Source of the DNA: Antedon mediterranea
Lineage: Eukaryota; Animalia; Echinodermata
DNA length: 64,000 bases
Direction of reading: 5' to 3'
Assembly: GCF_964355755.1 (NCBI RefSeq)
Contig: NC_092673.1
Coordinates: forward strand, 9,114,001 to 9,178,000
In this document: in pieces, positions 1 through 13,427 of the stretch
How positions within the stretch are numbered: position 1 is the stretch's first letter
How the letters are laid out: each line of letters begins with the position of its first letter
Position numbers and translations under genes: made by a program
Notes under the pieces: generated by a model
Database searches by the model: none
Seen by the model: the letters and a program-made list of their open reading frames with translations, nothing else
What the model was told of the DNA's origin: nothing

Positions 1-597
1 ATGATAAAATAAATGGTTGTTTGTCAACCAAAAATTCAGCCAATTTTACTATTTTCTGTTTTAAATTACAGTTGTAATTTTTTTATTCAATCCAATTTTT
101 GGTCAAAGTCAATAACTATTTTGTGACATTAAAATGGCATACTAAAAAAAATAGTCTTGGGTGTCATTGAAATGTGTAGACATAACATTTCATTGTTGTG
201 CACCTCCTATTTTCCTTAAAAACCAAAAGTTATTTTGTATTGACACTTAAAAGTTTGAATCATATCAAGGGTCAACTTTCTGTGGATTAAAAATGGCATG
301 TTTCCCAAAAGGTGTGCATGCACACACATCTAAAATTTTAAAATGTGCACAATTAATTTCTAATCATCTTTCTACACGATTCCTGACATTTTGCGCATGT
401 GTTTACGCACATGTGTTTTTTTTTCATGTGAATTACATTTTTCTAGCCTTTCCTACTAGTTGAGACCATTTTACCTTTAAATCATGCCATACAAACTTGT
501 TGAATTATACAATTTGCGCACATTTTAGTTTAAAATGTTACAAAATACTGTATTGTCAAAATCATGCTTATTTTTAATCTATTATAGCTCCTCAGGA

Positions 598-2421
598 CAG
601 GGGTGGCGCCAGGATCTTCCCGACGCGGGGGCTACATTCCCCGACGAGGGGGGCTATGCGAGCGAAGCGAGCATCACAAGGCTGGGGGACCAAGGGCCCC
701 CGGTGGGGGTCCAGGGACCAAAGCCCCCGGAAGCAACGCGTTCTAGCGTCATTTGAGGTCATTTTAATCAGATTTAGGGTAGCCATTTTTTCCATTTTTT
801 ATAATGCATAAATAAAATACTGCGTGCAAAAAAACGATGCGCGATGACTGTTTCAATCCATATTTTTCAATTTAAAAAATAAAAGTTCAAAGAAAATTTA
901 GAAAAATAGAGTTGGAGGTCCTGGAAATTGGACTTATTATACTTCAAAACATTAAACAAAATATATAAGTCCCTATCATGGTTGTGACTGAGCTAAGAAA
1001 TGTTTGAAAAATAGAGATGTTAGGTCCCGGAAAATGCACTTCTTGTACTTCGAAATATGACCAGCTTTATTGTTGGGGCTGAGCTAAGAAAATGTTTAAA
1101 ACTAGAGCTGCAGGTCTTCAAAAAATTGCATTTCATACTTTGGAAACATCAGGCCCAGAGGCTTAAAAAACGCAAGCGTAGACCCTTTTCAGTCGGGGAA
1201 ATAAGTTTATTCCTCCCAAGTGTAGGCCTATGCCTGCGTACCATCTGGACTTCCGGGTGGTAAGAAATTCATGACATACAGGACATTGAAAATTTAATAA
1301 CTTAGCTATAATAAGATGTTGGCTAAGCGAAAATGGCATGTTTTTTTGTTTAGTAATGGATGAAATATTTATTTTAGGTGCCCCACGGTACAGAAGGTTA
1401 CTTGTAAATTAAAAAACTGGTGAACATACGAACAATTAACTTAATTCGTTTTTGCTGTAGTGTAGCGTACGTCGACACAGTACACGACGTAACCGTCGGT
1501 AAACTTCGCCTGGAAAATAACTACAGTACACATTTTGGTCCCTGGATGGAACATGATATCACGACCCAACGTTGAACGATTCGTACAAAGGGATACCGCC
1601 AGACAAGTGCGTACCTATAGCTATTGTTTAGTAGTAAGTTAGATCGCTGGCAATAATGAATGCATATAAAGTGCATAATATCACTCTGACGTACTCTCAC
1701 GGTCAATGAAACGTCGAGGTTTTCTAGGCGCTGAAGCTACGAAGTGAACGCGAACGAATTATATTCCCCGACAAAAAGTACCCGAACCGTCGGTAAACTT
1801 TGTCTGGAAAATAACTACATTACACATTTTGGTCCCAGGATGGAACTTGATATCACGCGTCTCGACCCAACGTTGAACGATTCGTACAAAGGGATACCAC
1901 CAGACAAGTGCGTACCTAGCTAATGTTTAGTAGTAAGTTAGATCGCTGGCAATAATGAATGCATATAAATTGCATAATAGCACTCTGACGTACTCTCAAT
2001 GTCAATGAAACGTCGCGGTTTTCTAGGCGCTGAAGCTACCAAGTGAACGCGAACGTTTTTTACTGTATATTATATTCCCCGACAAAAGTACCCGTGTTCC
2101 CTTCGGTAACCGTCGGTAAACTTCACCTGGAAAATAACTACATTACACATTTTGGTCCCTGGATGGAACATGATATCACGCGTCTCGACCCAACGGTGAA
2201 CGATTCGTACAAAGGGATACCGCCAAACAAGTGCGTACTAGCTATTGTTTAGTAGTTAGATCTCTGGCAATAATGAATGCATAAAAGTGCATAATAGCCC
2301 TCTGACGTACTCTCACGGTCGATGGAACGTCATGGTTTTCTAGGCGCTGAAGCTATATGAAGTGAACGCAAACGATTTTTACTGTATATTATATTCCCCG
2401 ACAAGGCTGGCGCCACCACTG
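598..2421. mobile_element. Non-autonomous hAT-type DNA transposon
   Basis: TIR CAGGGGTGGCGCCA (598-611) / TGGCGCCACCACTG (2408-2421); identical 8-bp TSD CCTCAGGA at 590-597 and 2422-2429; recurrent CCCCGAC motifs; no transposase ORF. Confidence 0.88.
1491..2403. repeat. Three tandem ~295-325-bp units inside the hAT element
   Basis: Units start AACCGTCGGTAAACTT at 1491, 1785 and 2108, share TACACATTTTGGTCCC...GATTCGTACAAAGGGATACC...GCGCTGAAGCTA, and end near ATTCCCCGACAA. Confidence 0.92.
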
Positions 2422-3422
2422 CCTCAGGATCAACGGTGATCCCCAATATTTTTAAACTCAATATGCAAGCAGATAAGTTGTAGATATGAATTCATGCAAA
2501 ATGTTTACCTCGAATGTTGTGACGTCATCATATGGCCACCCGAAAATAAAATATAGGATTTTTGTCTCTTTCGTCATAGCTCATCTAATTTAATAGATCA
2601 CAGAAGCTGCTAAATTATTAGTATGAATTCATGTAAAAGGTTTGCTATCAGATGTTGTGACGTTATCATATGGCCTGTTGGATTTTAAAAAGCAGTATTT
2701 TCATCTTTTGCACTATAGGTCATCACATTTAAAAGCTGGCGCCCATCTCAATTCTGCGTATCCGAATTTTTTTAACACTATAATATGTTGTTTCTCAGTT
2801 CTTCCAAAATTGTTATCTTCATGTTCCATTTTTTGAAAACTGCCACTGAGGGACTATGGGTTGGAGTGATGGCTAATATTATTTGTACTGGAACCGTCCT
2901 AAACACAGTGGGTGTGTTGGGAGGGAGGAAGGGGAGTATGTGATTGGAATTTGTACTAGGAAAAGTTACTATATTTGAACTGTCTAGGGAAGGAGTTTTA
3001 AGGTTTGTTGATTGTTGCTGGGATGGTGAGAGGAGAAAGAAGGCTGGGGGACCGCAGTTAAATTAGATATTTTAATTATTAGCCAATATAACACCTATTC
3101 ATTTACACAGTTTACAACGTACTTAATCCATTATTAGGCCTATCATAGCTATGTATACTCCTTTCAATTTGAAGCTAAAGTTGTCCTTCACTGGGAAGAA
3201 TTTATTTTTAAAATAGAGTGTGGGGTGTTCTTGAAAAGGGATGGAGGTTGGTGAGTATAGGAGATACTGGCGTCGGGTGTTATGTACAGAGAAGGCTTCT
3301 CCAAACTAATTTTAAAACCCGCCCTGGGGCGGGTATAATTGCTAGTATAAGATAAAACCCAATGAACAATTAAACCTTGTGGTAATAAATAACAAAAAAC
3401 ATGTTCTTTAGAAAAATTGTTA

Positions 3423-4420
3423 TTAATTTGGTACTATGATCTTTAAGGTATGTACTGTACTACGATTTAACCGAACCACATATACCAAAACGTTGATGAA
3501 AAATAAACCATGATTGACTGTGTTGAAAGCGGCGGATATGTCAAACAAGACCATGAGGACAGCCTCGTTGTTATCAAGGGATTTTAAAATATCATTTTTT
3601 ACCTTTAAAAGGGCAGTCTCCGTACTATGATATTGTTCACCAAGATTATTACTGTTCACATAGTCTGTGACCTTACAAACCAACACCTTCTCAAGAAATG
3701 AAATATTAGCTACTGGCCTAAATTCATTAGTACATTTTGGTCTAAATTATTTTTTCATTTACTGGTGTTATAATAGACTGCTTTAAACTTTTGGGAGAAA
3801 TTTCTGTTTCAAGGGATACATTAACAATATTAGTAATTATGGGTAATAATGTAGACAAATTTTCCTTGAGTAGCTATGTCGGTATAGAGTCGATTGAACA
3901 CAATTTGTTTGAAAGATGCATAATATTCTTTAAAACTTCATCACATGTAAGTAGTTTAAACTCAGACATGGTCGGGCGTTTGTCAGCTTGAGGAATTATG
4001 TCTACATCAACATTCGATAATTAATTATATTATTTCTAATTTTTTTCAATTTTGTTAATAAATGACAACAATTTATCAGCAAGCTGTGTGTCAGAAGTGG
4101 TACTTTTGGAAATGATTTTCCCTGTTTTATTTAAGAGACTATTTATAGTAAGTATTCCATTTTGACGCGAGTAATTAGTTTTTACATGTAATTACATGGT
4201 CTTTATGGGTTCCAAATGCCAGCAGATCTTTTTCCGTTTGAGATTTCTTCCAGTGACGTTCAAGACGATGATGAAGATGTCTAGCTTCGTGAATATTATT
4301 GTTATACCATGGTAGTGTTCGTTAATTCTTTCGTGTAATTACAGGATAGACCTCTTCGAGTGCAGATGATGTATACAAGACAAAGGAATCTATGACAATA
4401 TTTACATCATTAATATCCGG
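3423..4420 (-). mobile_element. Decayed CR1/L2-like LINE ORF2 (RT N-terminal part)
   Basis: ORF 3423..3686 reads HSTETALLKVKNDILKSLDNNEAVLMVLFDISAAFNTVNH (RT motif region of non-LTR retrotransposons); upstream sequence is frameshifted; right boundary approximate. Confidence 0.75.
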
Positions 4421-5810
4421 AAAATCATTGAAATTGTCGATTAGCGATAATTTCAAAAGTTCGTGGTCAAGAATAAGAGTTGGGTCCCATAATTTCACCT
4501 ATGCTACAATGTATGAAGTGTAAAGTTATATACTATGACAATAAATAGACAGAATTCAGCACTAACAATTTTCATAATAATAATAATAGTACGAATTTGT
4601 AACGCGCCAATTCCAGCAGTAAGTGATCAAGAGCATGGGTGTATGAGAGACCTCAATTTGAAGAAAAAGATGAGTTTTCAAGGCAAATTTAAAGGCGATA
4701 GTAGACAAACATGATTATAATGGCTTAATCTTTTTCTGTGCGTAATATTCTAATGTATGATGTGCACGTGGCGTTTGTTTTGCAGCAAAGTGACAAGTTC
4801 AAATCTAGTTAACCTTCATTTTTCATGTTTTGGGGGACTATACAATAATGTAATTTACTGTATTGTTATATAATTTGAAGACAATTATTTTTTAAATTTA
4901 TTTCTATTTAGTTTTACAAACAATTTATTAATTATTAATAATTGATTTCACACATCTAATTTCTTCACTGTAGTATCTTTACAATAAACTGTACAGGTCC
5001 TTTGGAGCAAAAGCTGTTTAACCGTAAAACTATCAGTGATATTTGCATGTGACATCGTTGTACAGATTCCATACCAGGATATTTCAAGAGATACATTAAA
5101 TATCCCAAAGTTTTGAGGATTTATTTCCAAAATTCCTCTTAGTCTTAGTCATTTTAAAATATGTAAATTAAGCTAAGATATATTATACTCCAACAAAATC
5201 TTTTTATATATTACAGGCAGTGTGAAAATTGCTATTATCTATCCACAAATATTGTAGGCAATTAACATTTTCAAATGTTAAATAAATTTAAATGAAATTG
5301 CAGTAACCATAGAGATAGTAACAGTTTCGAAATGGAATAACAACATTTCATAGTATAGATGGAAGGCTATTTTACACTTGGTAGTGACAGAACAGTTTTA
5401 TAAAATTATTGTACAAAAAGTACTGTAACTACTAATATAAAAGAGTTAAAAAATATTCGTCTTATTTAGTAGTTTTATTATTTTAAAAATCATAAAATAT
5501 GATATCAGCATTATGTTTTTTTTCTTCAAAAAAGGTAAATTTGACTATTTACGCAAACTTGATTATTGGTGAATTTGACAGTTAAAACTATGATTGAAGT
5601 GTATGGTGAAGGTTGTGAAAGTCACTGTCATCCTTCGCATGGACTTTTTAGCCAGAGTGGTTAGTCGCAGAGGGACCAGTTCTACAGGGCATTTTTGTTT
5701 ATCAATATAACTGGCGAATCAGTTAATTTGACCAAATTCACCAGCTATAAACAAAGAACTTCAATCTCAATGCTGGCATCATGTTTTATTTGTCCATTTT
5801 TATATGCAGA

Positions 5811-6230
5811 TAATTATTATTATTATTATTATTTATTGCCAAAAACCAGTTACAAACAAACAAAACACAGAAACTAAGGGAGTAGGCAGGAACCTAAAAG
5901 TGAACCTAATCACTATAACAAGAGTTCAGGTTCCGTACTCCCAAAGTAACAACAATGATATAAAATAAACTATATAAAAATATTTAAAAAACAAATAGAC
6001 GAATCAACAGAGTCAATATAAAATAAACGGATAAAATACATAATAGTCGATTCAACAAAGTCAATATAAAACATGTGATTTAAGTGAATTTAAAAATATT
6101 TGATAATAAAAAAAGACTTTGATTCTCATGCTCTGATTGAGATCACCAAGTAACCTGAATGATTAAATAAAGAGTTGAGGACCATTTGATGCTAGTCTTG
6201 AAGAAGATAAATTAAAAACTACTTTCGAGA
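5811..6230 (-). mobile_element. LINE 3' end remnant with (TAA)n tail
   Basis: Minus strand ends in AATAAA followed by (TAA)n (plus strand TTATTATTATT...TTTATTGCC, ~5812-5840), preceded by a GGGAGTACGGAACCT...AGGTTCCTGCCTACTCCC stem typical of LINE 3'UTRs. Confidence 0.45.
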
Positions 6231-7896
6231 CACTCCAAAAATGTTTTTCTGCTGTACATAACACTGTCAGAAGATGGAAATACAATCAAAAGTTAAAAAA
6301 GGCAAGAGCCTTGCTGGAAGTTGGCATGGAGGATTTACGTTATTATATAATTTTCCATGATTACATAAACAACAGTCTTTTGAAAAATGCTACTATTTAT
6401 TGGGAAACCATAAAAAAGAGTGTGAATGCTCTTGTAGTAATTACATGTTACTTGACAGTTTGAGCACAAACTATAAGACAAAGCCGAATGATTTGAAGTC
6501 TCTGCTCAGTTGAATATACATGTCAAACATTACCACCAGACAATCTAAAACGGAACTTTAATAAAAATATGGTTGTCATAGAAACATTAGGTAAGGGTGT
6601 ACTTCTAAAACCGAGCTCATAAATCAAGTGAGATTGAGTATGTCTGTATATATTGCCTTAAAGACAATAAAACAGGGTGTTCTTGTCAGTGTTGAACAAT
6701 AATGCATTACTATATTATGCAAAACGTACTAGTCTGTGCAGATTCTGTGCAGTTTAATTTAATTTAATTACCCATATCAAAAACAGTTTCCAAACAAAGA
6801 GAAGATAATTAATAAAATATTTGATACACAATTTATTGTTTGGGAAAATTTTCTTTTATAAAATAAATGGAAACATTGTTTTTAATTAGTAGCGTTGTTT
6901 CAAGTGAAATAAGAATATTTTTAAATGATGTGTAATATATTATTTAAAATATTGCAGTACATTTTCGATTTTGTATCACATGCCATGTGCACTATTTTCT
7001 CCCAATTCAACAATTGAAAATTTTTTTTAAAAACAATTTTAATTGTTTAAATATTCCTTGACGGGAAAACCAGTACTATATATAAAAAAATATTCAAAAA
7101 TCAATACCACAATACTACGCTATATAATTTAATTATTTTATTTATTCAACAACTGACTATACCAATTATCATTTAATCCTTTTGACCATTTTGTCACTGT
7201 AGGTATATTATCAGACAGTAGGTTTTTTGTATATTTAATTATTATGCCTCTACTAATTTATTTATTTATTTATCAGAATACACCAAAAGCAGTGTAATGA
7301 AAGTAGGCCTTAAATAATAAAATATTTGTTTACACACTACATTAGTAGTATAGTGGTAAACAGGTACAGAATTTGTTTATCTACACTAAAAGCAAGAATC
7401 TTGTTTATACTGTATTATCATTAAACATGTTTCACAAATGGAACTTTGTTTCTTTCCGACAATCGCGAAAAAGCCTACTTAACTTCTTTTAAATGCGAGA
7501 TTTTACAAACTTGTGACCTTCGTTCGCTATCTTGTTCATGAGGTTATGATTGGATGTCGGGAAGGGGGCTAAATTTGACAACGATTTGACCAAGTCACCT
7601 CTCTTACTTGTAAATAAGCGTGATGGAATGTATAATCTTAGATATTAAAGCCTGATTTGTAATCGCGTTGATGGATTGGAATTAATAGCGTTTGTTGTTG
7701 GGGTAACAATTTGTACAGTTTACTCGGTGGGTAATTCAACAACTTATTGTGAGTTTGCTGTAAGATTCTGTATCATTCATTTATTTATTCTAAAGTACAA
7801 TACTAGATAATAATACATATAATTCAATTTAAGTAGGAGTAAGAGTAAAATAATTAGTTCTCTCTGTATATGTGAAAAAGGCAAATCTTACCAGGG

Positions 7897-8900
7897 TTTT
7901 CAGGTTATATGCATTATCAGCATATAACCTTATTGATTTTGTCAGAATCTTTATTTATTCTTTCCTTAGTTAGCATTACTTTGACCGTCAATTATCTTGA
8001 GATCAATTTCATCTAGCTACATCAATTTTTCAGAGTATATTCCTTATGGCCAGGACAATGTGATTAGTTTTCCACAGTGCACAATTAAAAATTTAATTTA
8101 TTTAATTTAATGAAATCACGTTTGTAATCATATCTTCACAAGTATGCATCATAATTAAACCAAATTTAGTACTCAGAAATTTCAGGTCATCATAGTTCAT
8201 CATATGAAAATTACAATTACGTGTGTAGCGCATGTGACGCATGCGTACGTGTGCTTAAAACTTTCAAAATTCATTTATTATGAAAATAAAAAAACAAGTT
8301 GATTACATCATCATTAATTGAATATCAAATTTGAAAAATGTAATTTTGACAATCTAAGATTTTCTTGGACCGAAATAACAAACTTAACATTAACCTTCTT
8401 CTTTAAAATGTTCATATACGTATATTAAAGATTTCATAGTAAAAAAAAATGTAGTTACTGCATAGTCAATAAACGGAAGGTGTGTATATGCCTCGGTGGT
8501 CTGTAATTACGGAGGTACGGAGATCAAAACAAACAAAAACAAAACAAGATTTTTTTTTTATATTCGTATTTTTGTTCAATTTTATTTCTAAGTGTAGTGT
8601 ATAAATTATACGCCTGATTTATAATGAAATCTAGAGAAACTTTTATGTCTTTTATTATTATGTAACAAGGGTGGTTTATGACATACTATATACGCGGAGA
8701 GATCTTTGATTGGGTTGTTTTTATGCAAGTGCCTCGATGTGCTACCGGCTATTGTATTTGCGCTACAAAGATCCTATCTTTCATATATTATAAATAATTA
8801 AAGATCATGACAAAATCAATATACCTTTTAAAAAATCAATTCTTTATTTAAATCAATGCATAAGCTATAATTCGTCATATTGACAAATTAAATCTAAGTT
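7897..8900 (+). mobile_element. Helentron/DINE-1-like (HINE) non-autonomous element
   Basis: 5' palindrome AGGTTATATGC-N7-GCATATAACCT (7902-7930); 3' partial copy ATGCATAAGCT followed by hairpin AATTCGTCATATTGACAAATT and CTAAG (8856-8898); same architecture as 54168-55600 and 63165-63945. Confidence 0.5.
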
Positions 8901-9397
8901 TCTTTTTGTTATTCATTAGTAAAATAAAATGTTTTACTTGTTGGTCAATTAAAAATAAAAAGGTTGTCAAATTTCTTTGTAGTATGGACATACTAAAACA
9001 AATATTACAACTAGGCCTATCCGTAATTGTTTAAAAGTTTTGGTTTGTATAATTATAGCAAGGTGTGTACAGAGGAACAGTCTAGCCTCTAGGTTTTAGA
9101 GTGGTTGAATTTTTAAGGCAGATATTAACGTAAAACTATTGTCTAATAATTTGCGTAAAGTAAGTACAAATTGCATTTTTACTGTTTTAAGCGAGAAGGA
9201 CATGTAAAATGGTTTTTAATTGTAACTGGGGTAAATGTCAAAATTGTCAAATTTTTTCCGATAAAGCTAGCTGAAACTTGGAGAAAACAATCCTGAGGAT
9301 AGGGAGAGTATGAATCTAATATCAAAGAGGGGACCACTCAAGATCATGCAATGTCAAAGTAAAATTTCAAAATTGCTCCGAATGAGCTGAAACTCTC

Positions 9398-11027
9398 GAT
9401 CAATGGTATATAATGCATGGAGTGTTGATCAATGGTATATAATGCATGGAGTGTTGATCAATGGTATATAATGCATGGAGTGTTGATCAATGGGATATAA
9501 TGCATGTAGTGTTGATCAATGGGATATAATGCATGGAGTGTTGATCAATGGGATATAATGCATAGAGTGTTGATCAATGGGATATAATGCATGGAGTGTT
9601 GATCAATGGGATATAATGCATGGAATGTTGATCAATGGGATATAATGCATGGAGTGTTGATCAATGGGATATAATGCATGGAGTGTTGATCAATGGGATA
9701 TAATGCATGGAGTGTTGATCAATGGGATATAATGCATGGAGTGTTGATCAATGGGATATAATGCATGGAGTGTTGATCAATGGGATATAATGCATGGAGT
9801 GTTGATAAATGGGATATAATGCACAAAGTGTTGATCAATGGTATATAATGCACGGAGTGTTGATCAATGGGATATAATGCATGGAGTGTTGATCAATGGT
9901 ATATAATGCATGGAGTGTTGATCAATGGTATATAATGCATGGAGTGTTGATCAATGGGATATAATGCATGGAGTGTTGATCAATGGTATATAATGCATGG
10001 AGTGTTGATCAATGGGATATAATGCATGGAGTGTTGATCAATGGTATATAATGCATGGAGTGTTAATCAATGGTATATAATGCATGGAGTGTTGATCAAT
10101 GGGATATAATGCATGGAGTGTTGATCAATGGGATATAATGCATGGAGTGTTGATCAATAAGATATAATGCATGGAGTGTTGATCAATGGGATATAATGCA
10201 TGGAGTGTTATAATGCATGTAGTGTTGATCAATGGGATATAATGCATGGAGTGTTGATCAATGGGATATAATGCATGGAGTGTTGATCAATGGGATATAA
10301 TGCATGGAGTGTTGATCAATGGGATATAATGCATGGAGTGTTGATCAATGGGATATAATGCATGGAGTGTTGATCAATGGTATATAAATGCATGGAGTGT
10401 TGATCAATGGGTTATAATGCATGGAGTGTTGATCAATGGGATATAAATGCATGGAGTGTTGATCAATGGTATATAATGCATGGAGTGTTGATCAATGGGA
10501 TATAATGCATGGAGTGTTGATCAATGGTATATAATGCATGGAGTGTAGATCAATGGTATATAATGCATGGAGTGTTGATCAATGGTATATAATGCATGGA
10601 GTGTTGATCAATGGGATATAATGCATGGAGTGTTGATCAATGGGATATAATGCATGGAGTGTTGATCAATGGGATATAATGCATGGAGTGTTGATCAATG
10701 GTATATAATGCATGGAGTGTTGATCAATGGTATATAATGCATGGAGTGTTGATTAATGGTATATAATGCATGGAGTGTTGATCAATGGTATATAATGCAT
10801 GGAGTGTTGACCAATGGTATATAATGCATGGAGTGTTTGATCAATGGTATATAATGCATGGAGTGTTGATCAATGGGATATAATGCATGGAGTGTTGATC
10901 AATGGGATATAATGCATGGAGTGTTGATCAATGGGATATAATGCATGGAGTATTGATCAATGGGATATAATGCATGGAGTGTTGATCAATGGTATATAAT
11001 GCATGGAGTGTTGATCAATGGTATATA
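9398..11027. repeat. 29-bp minisatellite, ~56 copies (GATCAATGG[G/T]ATATAATGCATGGAGTGTT)
   Basis: Direct tandem period of 29 (GATC at 9398, 9427...); two main variants (GGG/GGT); no spacers; the last unit is completed at 11879-11895 after an insertion. Confidence 0.97.
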
Positions 11028-11878
11028 TTACATAGCCTATGTAAATACGCGAACGTGATTGGTTGAAACTGCATCACATGACATGATATTGACTGAGTAA
11101 TTTTCGTGTAATTATCGTGTCCCTGTCCATTAATCATATACATTCTCGAGTACGATGATGACTGTGTAATTTTCGTGTGGCAACACTCACGTTTGCCGAT
11201 AAATAAACAAATGTCATCTACTGGGTCGCGATGAAATTGTCACTCCATCACAAGACAACGCTTCATGCGCTGCGCCACGGAACGTGGTTGAAGAAATTAA
11301 TCATCTAAACTATTTAAACTATGCATACATAGCGCCCTTGTTTATTATTAGTCCTCCCTAGATGTGATGAAACACCGTTTGTGATTGGTTAATACTCACA
11401 GTAGTAACCGATACGCGCGCGACGCACTGAACATCCGGTGATTCGGCTCGAAGAGAAGACGAATTATTATTTATTCGGCCTACCTGATAATAATATTATT
11501 ATTAATGTAGGCTTATTGATGGAAATTCTTTATTATTATTTTAAACGGCTAGTGAATATTTTATTGCCAAGCAATCATTAATTAGTAATTATCTGTATAT
11601 TATTCTTCGCAAGGTAAGGTGTCTAGGCAGCTTGTTTCTAGCCTAGCTTCACCCGACCCAGCAGACTTGTTCTTGACTATGTAATATTACAGATATCGCC
11701 TTTTATATCGGTAAAATATAAGATTTAACATCCCCTCGGGGTGATATTATGTTCTCGGGGAATAATATATATCTAAAAGCTGCCGCTTCGGGATATATAT
11801 ATTTCCCTTAACATAATATCATTCCCTCGGGGATGTCAAATCTTATATTTCACCTCTAAGCAGGCAATATCTGTATAA
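11028..11878. mobile_element. Bipartite inverted-repeat element inserted at a TA in the last minisatellite unit
   Basis: TA[TTACATAG...CTATGTAA]TA[TTACAGATAT...ATATCTGTATAA]TA; the second module (11687-11878) is almost fully palindromic; removing the element restores GGTATATA|ATGCATGGAGTGTT. Confidence 0.7.
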
Positions 11879-12801
11879 TAATGCATGGAGTGTTGAAATG
11901 ACTGGATTTATGTTCTATTGAACATAGTATCTCTAGTTACAAAGTAGCTCACATTTGTTGTTATTAATTTATGCCTATCAGTCTTCAACCCTAAATCACT
12001 ATTACATGACAACAACAGTTAATTAAGCCTACCAGTGGTAATACTGTTTGTCTACTGTACAATGGAAAATGATCTTAATTTTAGTTTATGTTTGTGTAAT
12101 AACAATAACAACAATCGATAAAACCTAGATATTTGAACTGTGTGACCTTTCGGTAGTAGTATTATAAGTAACACAGCTTGACTGGATGTCATTGACGTCA
12201 ATAATTATCGTTGCTATAGGATACTGTAGACTCTTACCAACAGTTATGTGGTTACTGTTAATGTGTTATCTCTGTATTTTAAAGTATGTATGTATGTGTA
12301 TGGACATATGTTAAGTTGACATCGCTCATGTTATGTTGACATCGCTCGTGTTAAGTTTACACATTTACTTGGTTTTCTAAAGAACTGAGTGAAGATCCTA
12401 CAATGCTGATCAAACACTGAACACATTTGAAACCAAGGTACACCACAATAGCTACATATTTGGGCTTGTGCAGGTTTACCTACTAGATCTCTAAGATCAA
12501 TGTCAGCAATTTGAACTCTATTAAGAACCAGTTGAAGACTTTTATTTATCAAACATATTCATGGTTTCAATGTGAAAGGGCCGTAGATGTCCTATTTAAG
12601 CTATATTCACACTTGTTGCATTTCATTGAACGTAAGATTGCATTGTTTGTTAAATGGAAAATTATATAGATAATTAAACAGTGCCGTCTTATGAATAAAC
12701 CATATAGATAATCATGCTGTCTCCTTGATTGCTTCATTTTGCACCTTCTTATTGTTTCTTGCAAATGGCCTAACATTTTTTGCAATTCTCAGTCACTTTA
12801 A

Positions 12802-13427
12802 AGCCCCATTCCCTACGTTTTTTAGATCTAATTTAAGATCACAAACTATATTTAATGTAAAAATAATACTATATGGTCCTATTGCGATAACTTTTTTCGT
12901 CTTTAAACGGTTAAAAATGTGAAAAATAAATCGATTTTAATAATTATAGCGGCCCGCTATAAATCCCAAAATGCATTGCACGCGGATTGATATTGTTGTT
13001 TTTCACCTGTAATTCGCCCACTTTTCGATCGATCGTGAAGCCAAAACAAATGGAAGACTCCTAACTTTTCAGCGAAAATACTGGGTTTTCCCCAATTTGT
13101 ATCAACGGAGTCTGGCAAAAATAGAGAGACAATTAATGCAGCAACTATACAACGTCAGACTAGGTATATAGCTAGCGTACGATGTTCGTACGTTACCGAT
13201 GTTTACCAGCTAGGCCTACAAAACTAAGCCTAGCTAGGCTAGGCCTGAGACCGTCCACGAGAGGTCGATCGCCGCGAGCTACTTAGGTAGTGCATTGTTT
13301 CTCACTTTTTATCATAATTTACCATAAAACGTACATTTAAGACAAGGAATGACATGGTTTAATGTTTTTAAAGTGATATATATGTATTATTTTCCAAAAA
13401 ACGTCCAAAATTGCAGGGAAGGGGTCT
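12802..13427 (+). mobile_element. Kolobok-like MITE (family A), intact copy
   Basis: TTAA TSD at 12798-12801 and 13428-13431; termini AGCCCCATTCCCT / AGGGAAGGGGTCT (RR..YY ends with TTAA, Kolobok-like); near-identical inverted copy at 33883-34511. Confidence 0.85.

Noticed and set aside
1683-1717. Hammerhead in each ~300-bp unit (CTCTGACGTA...GAAACGTCGAG), which would make the array a retrozyme
   Set aside because: The core is CUGACGU rather than CUGAnGA in all three units, no stem II can form, and the third unit has GGAAC instead of GAAAC.
4948-5877. Downstream exons of the host gene (ORFs 4948-5130, 5695-5877, acceptor-like site near 5745)
   Set aside because: No matching donor/acceptor pair; the acceptor-like site gives early stops in all three frames.
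9398-11027. CRISPR-like 29-bp repeat array
   Set aside because: Units are directly adjacent with no unique spacers, there are no cas genes, and the context is eukaryotic. It is a minisatellite.
12331-12785. Minus-strand ORFs as host exons
   Set aside because: No splice sites; the plus strand weakly resembles a decayed LINE C-terminus (IKNQLKTFIY), too degraded to call.
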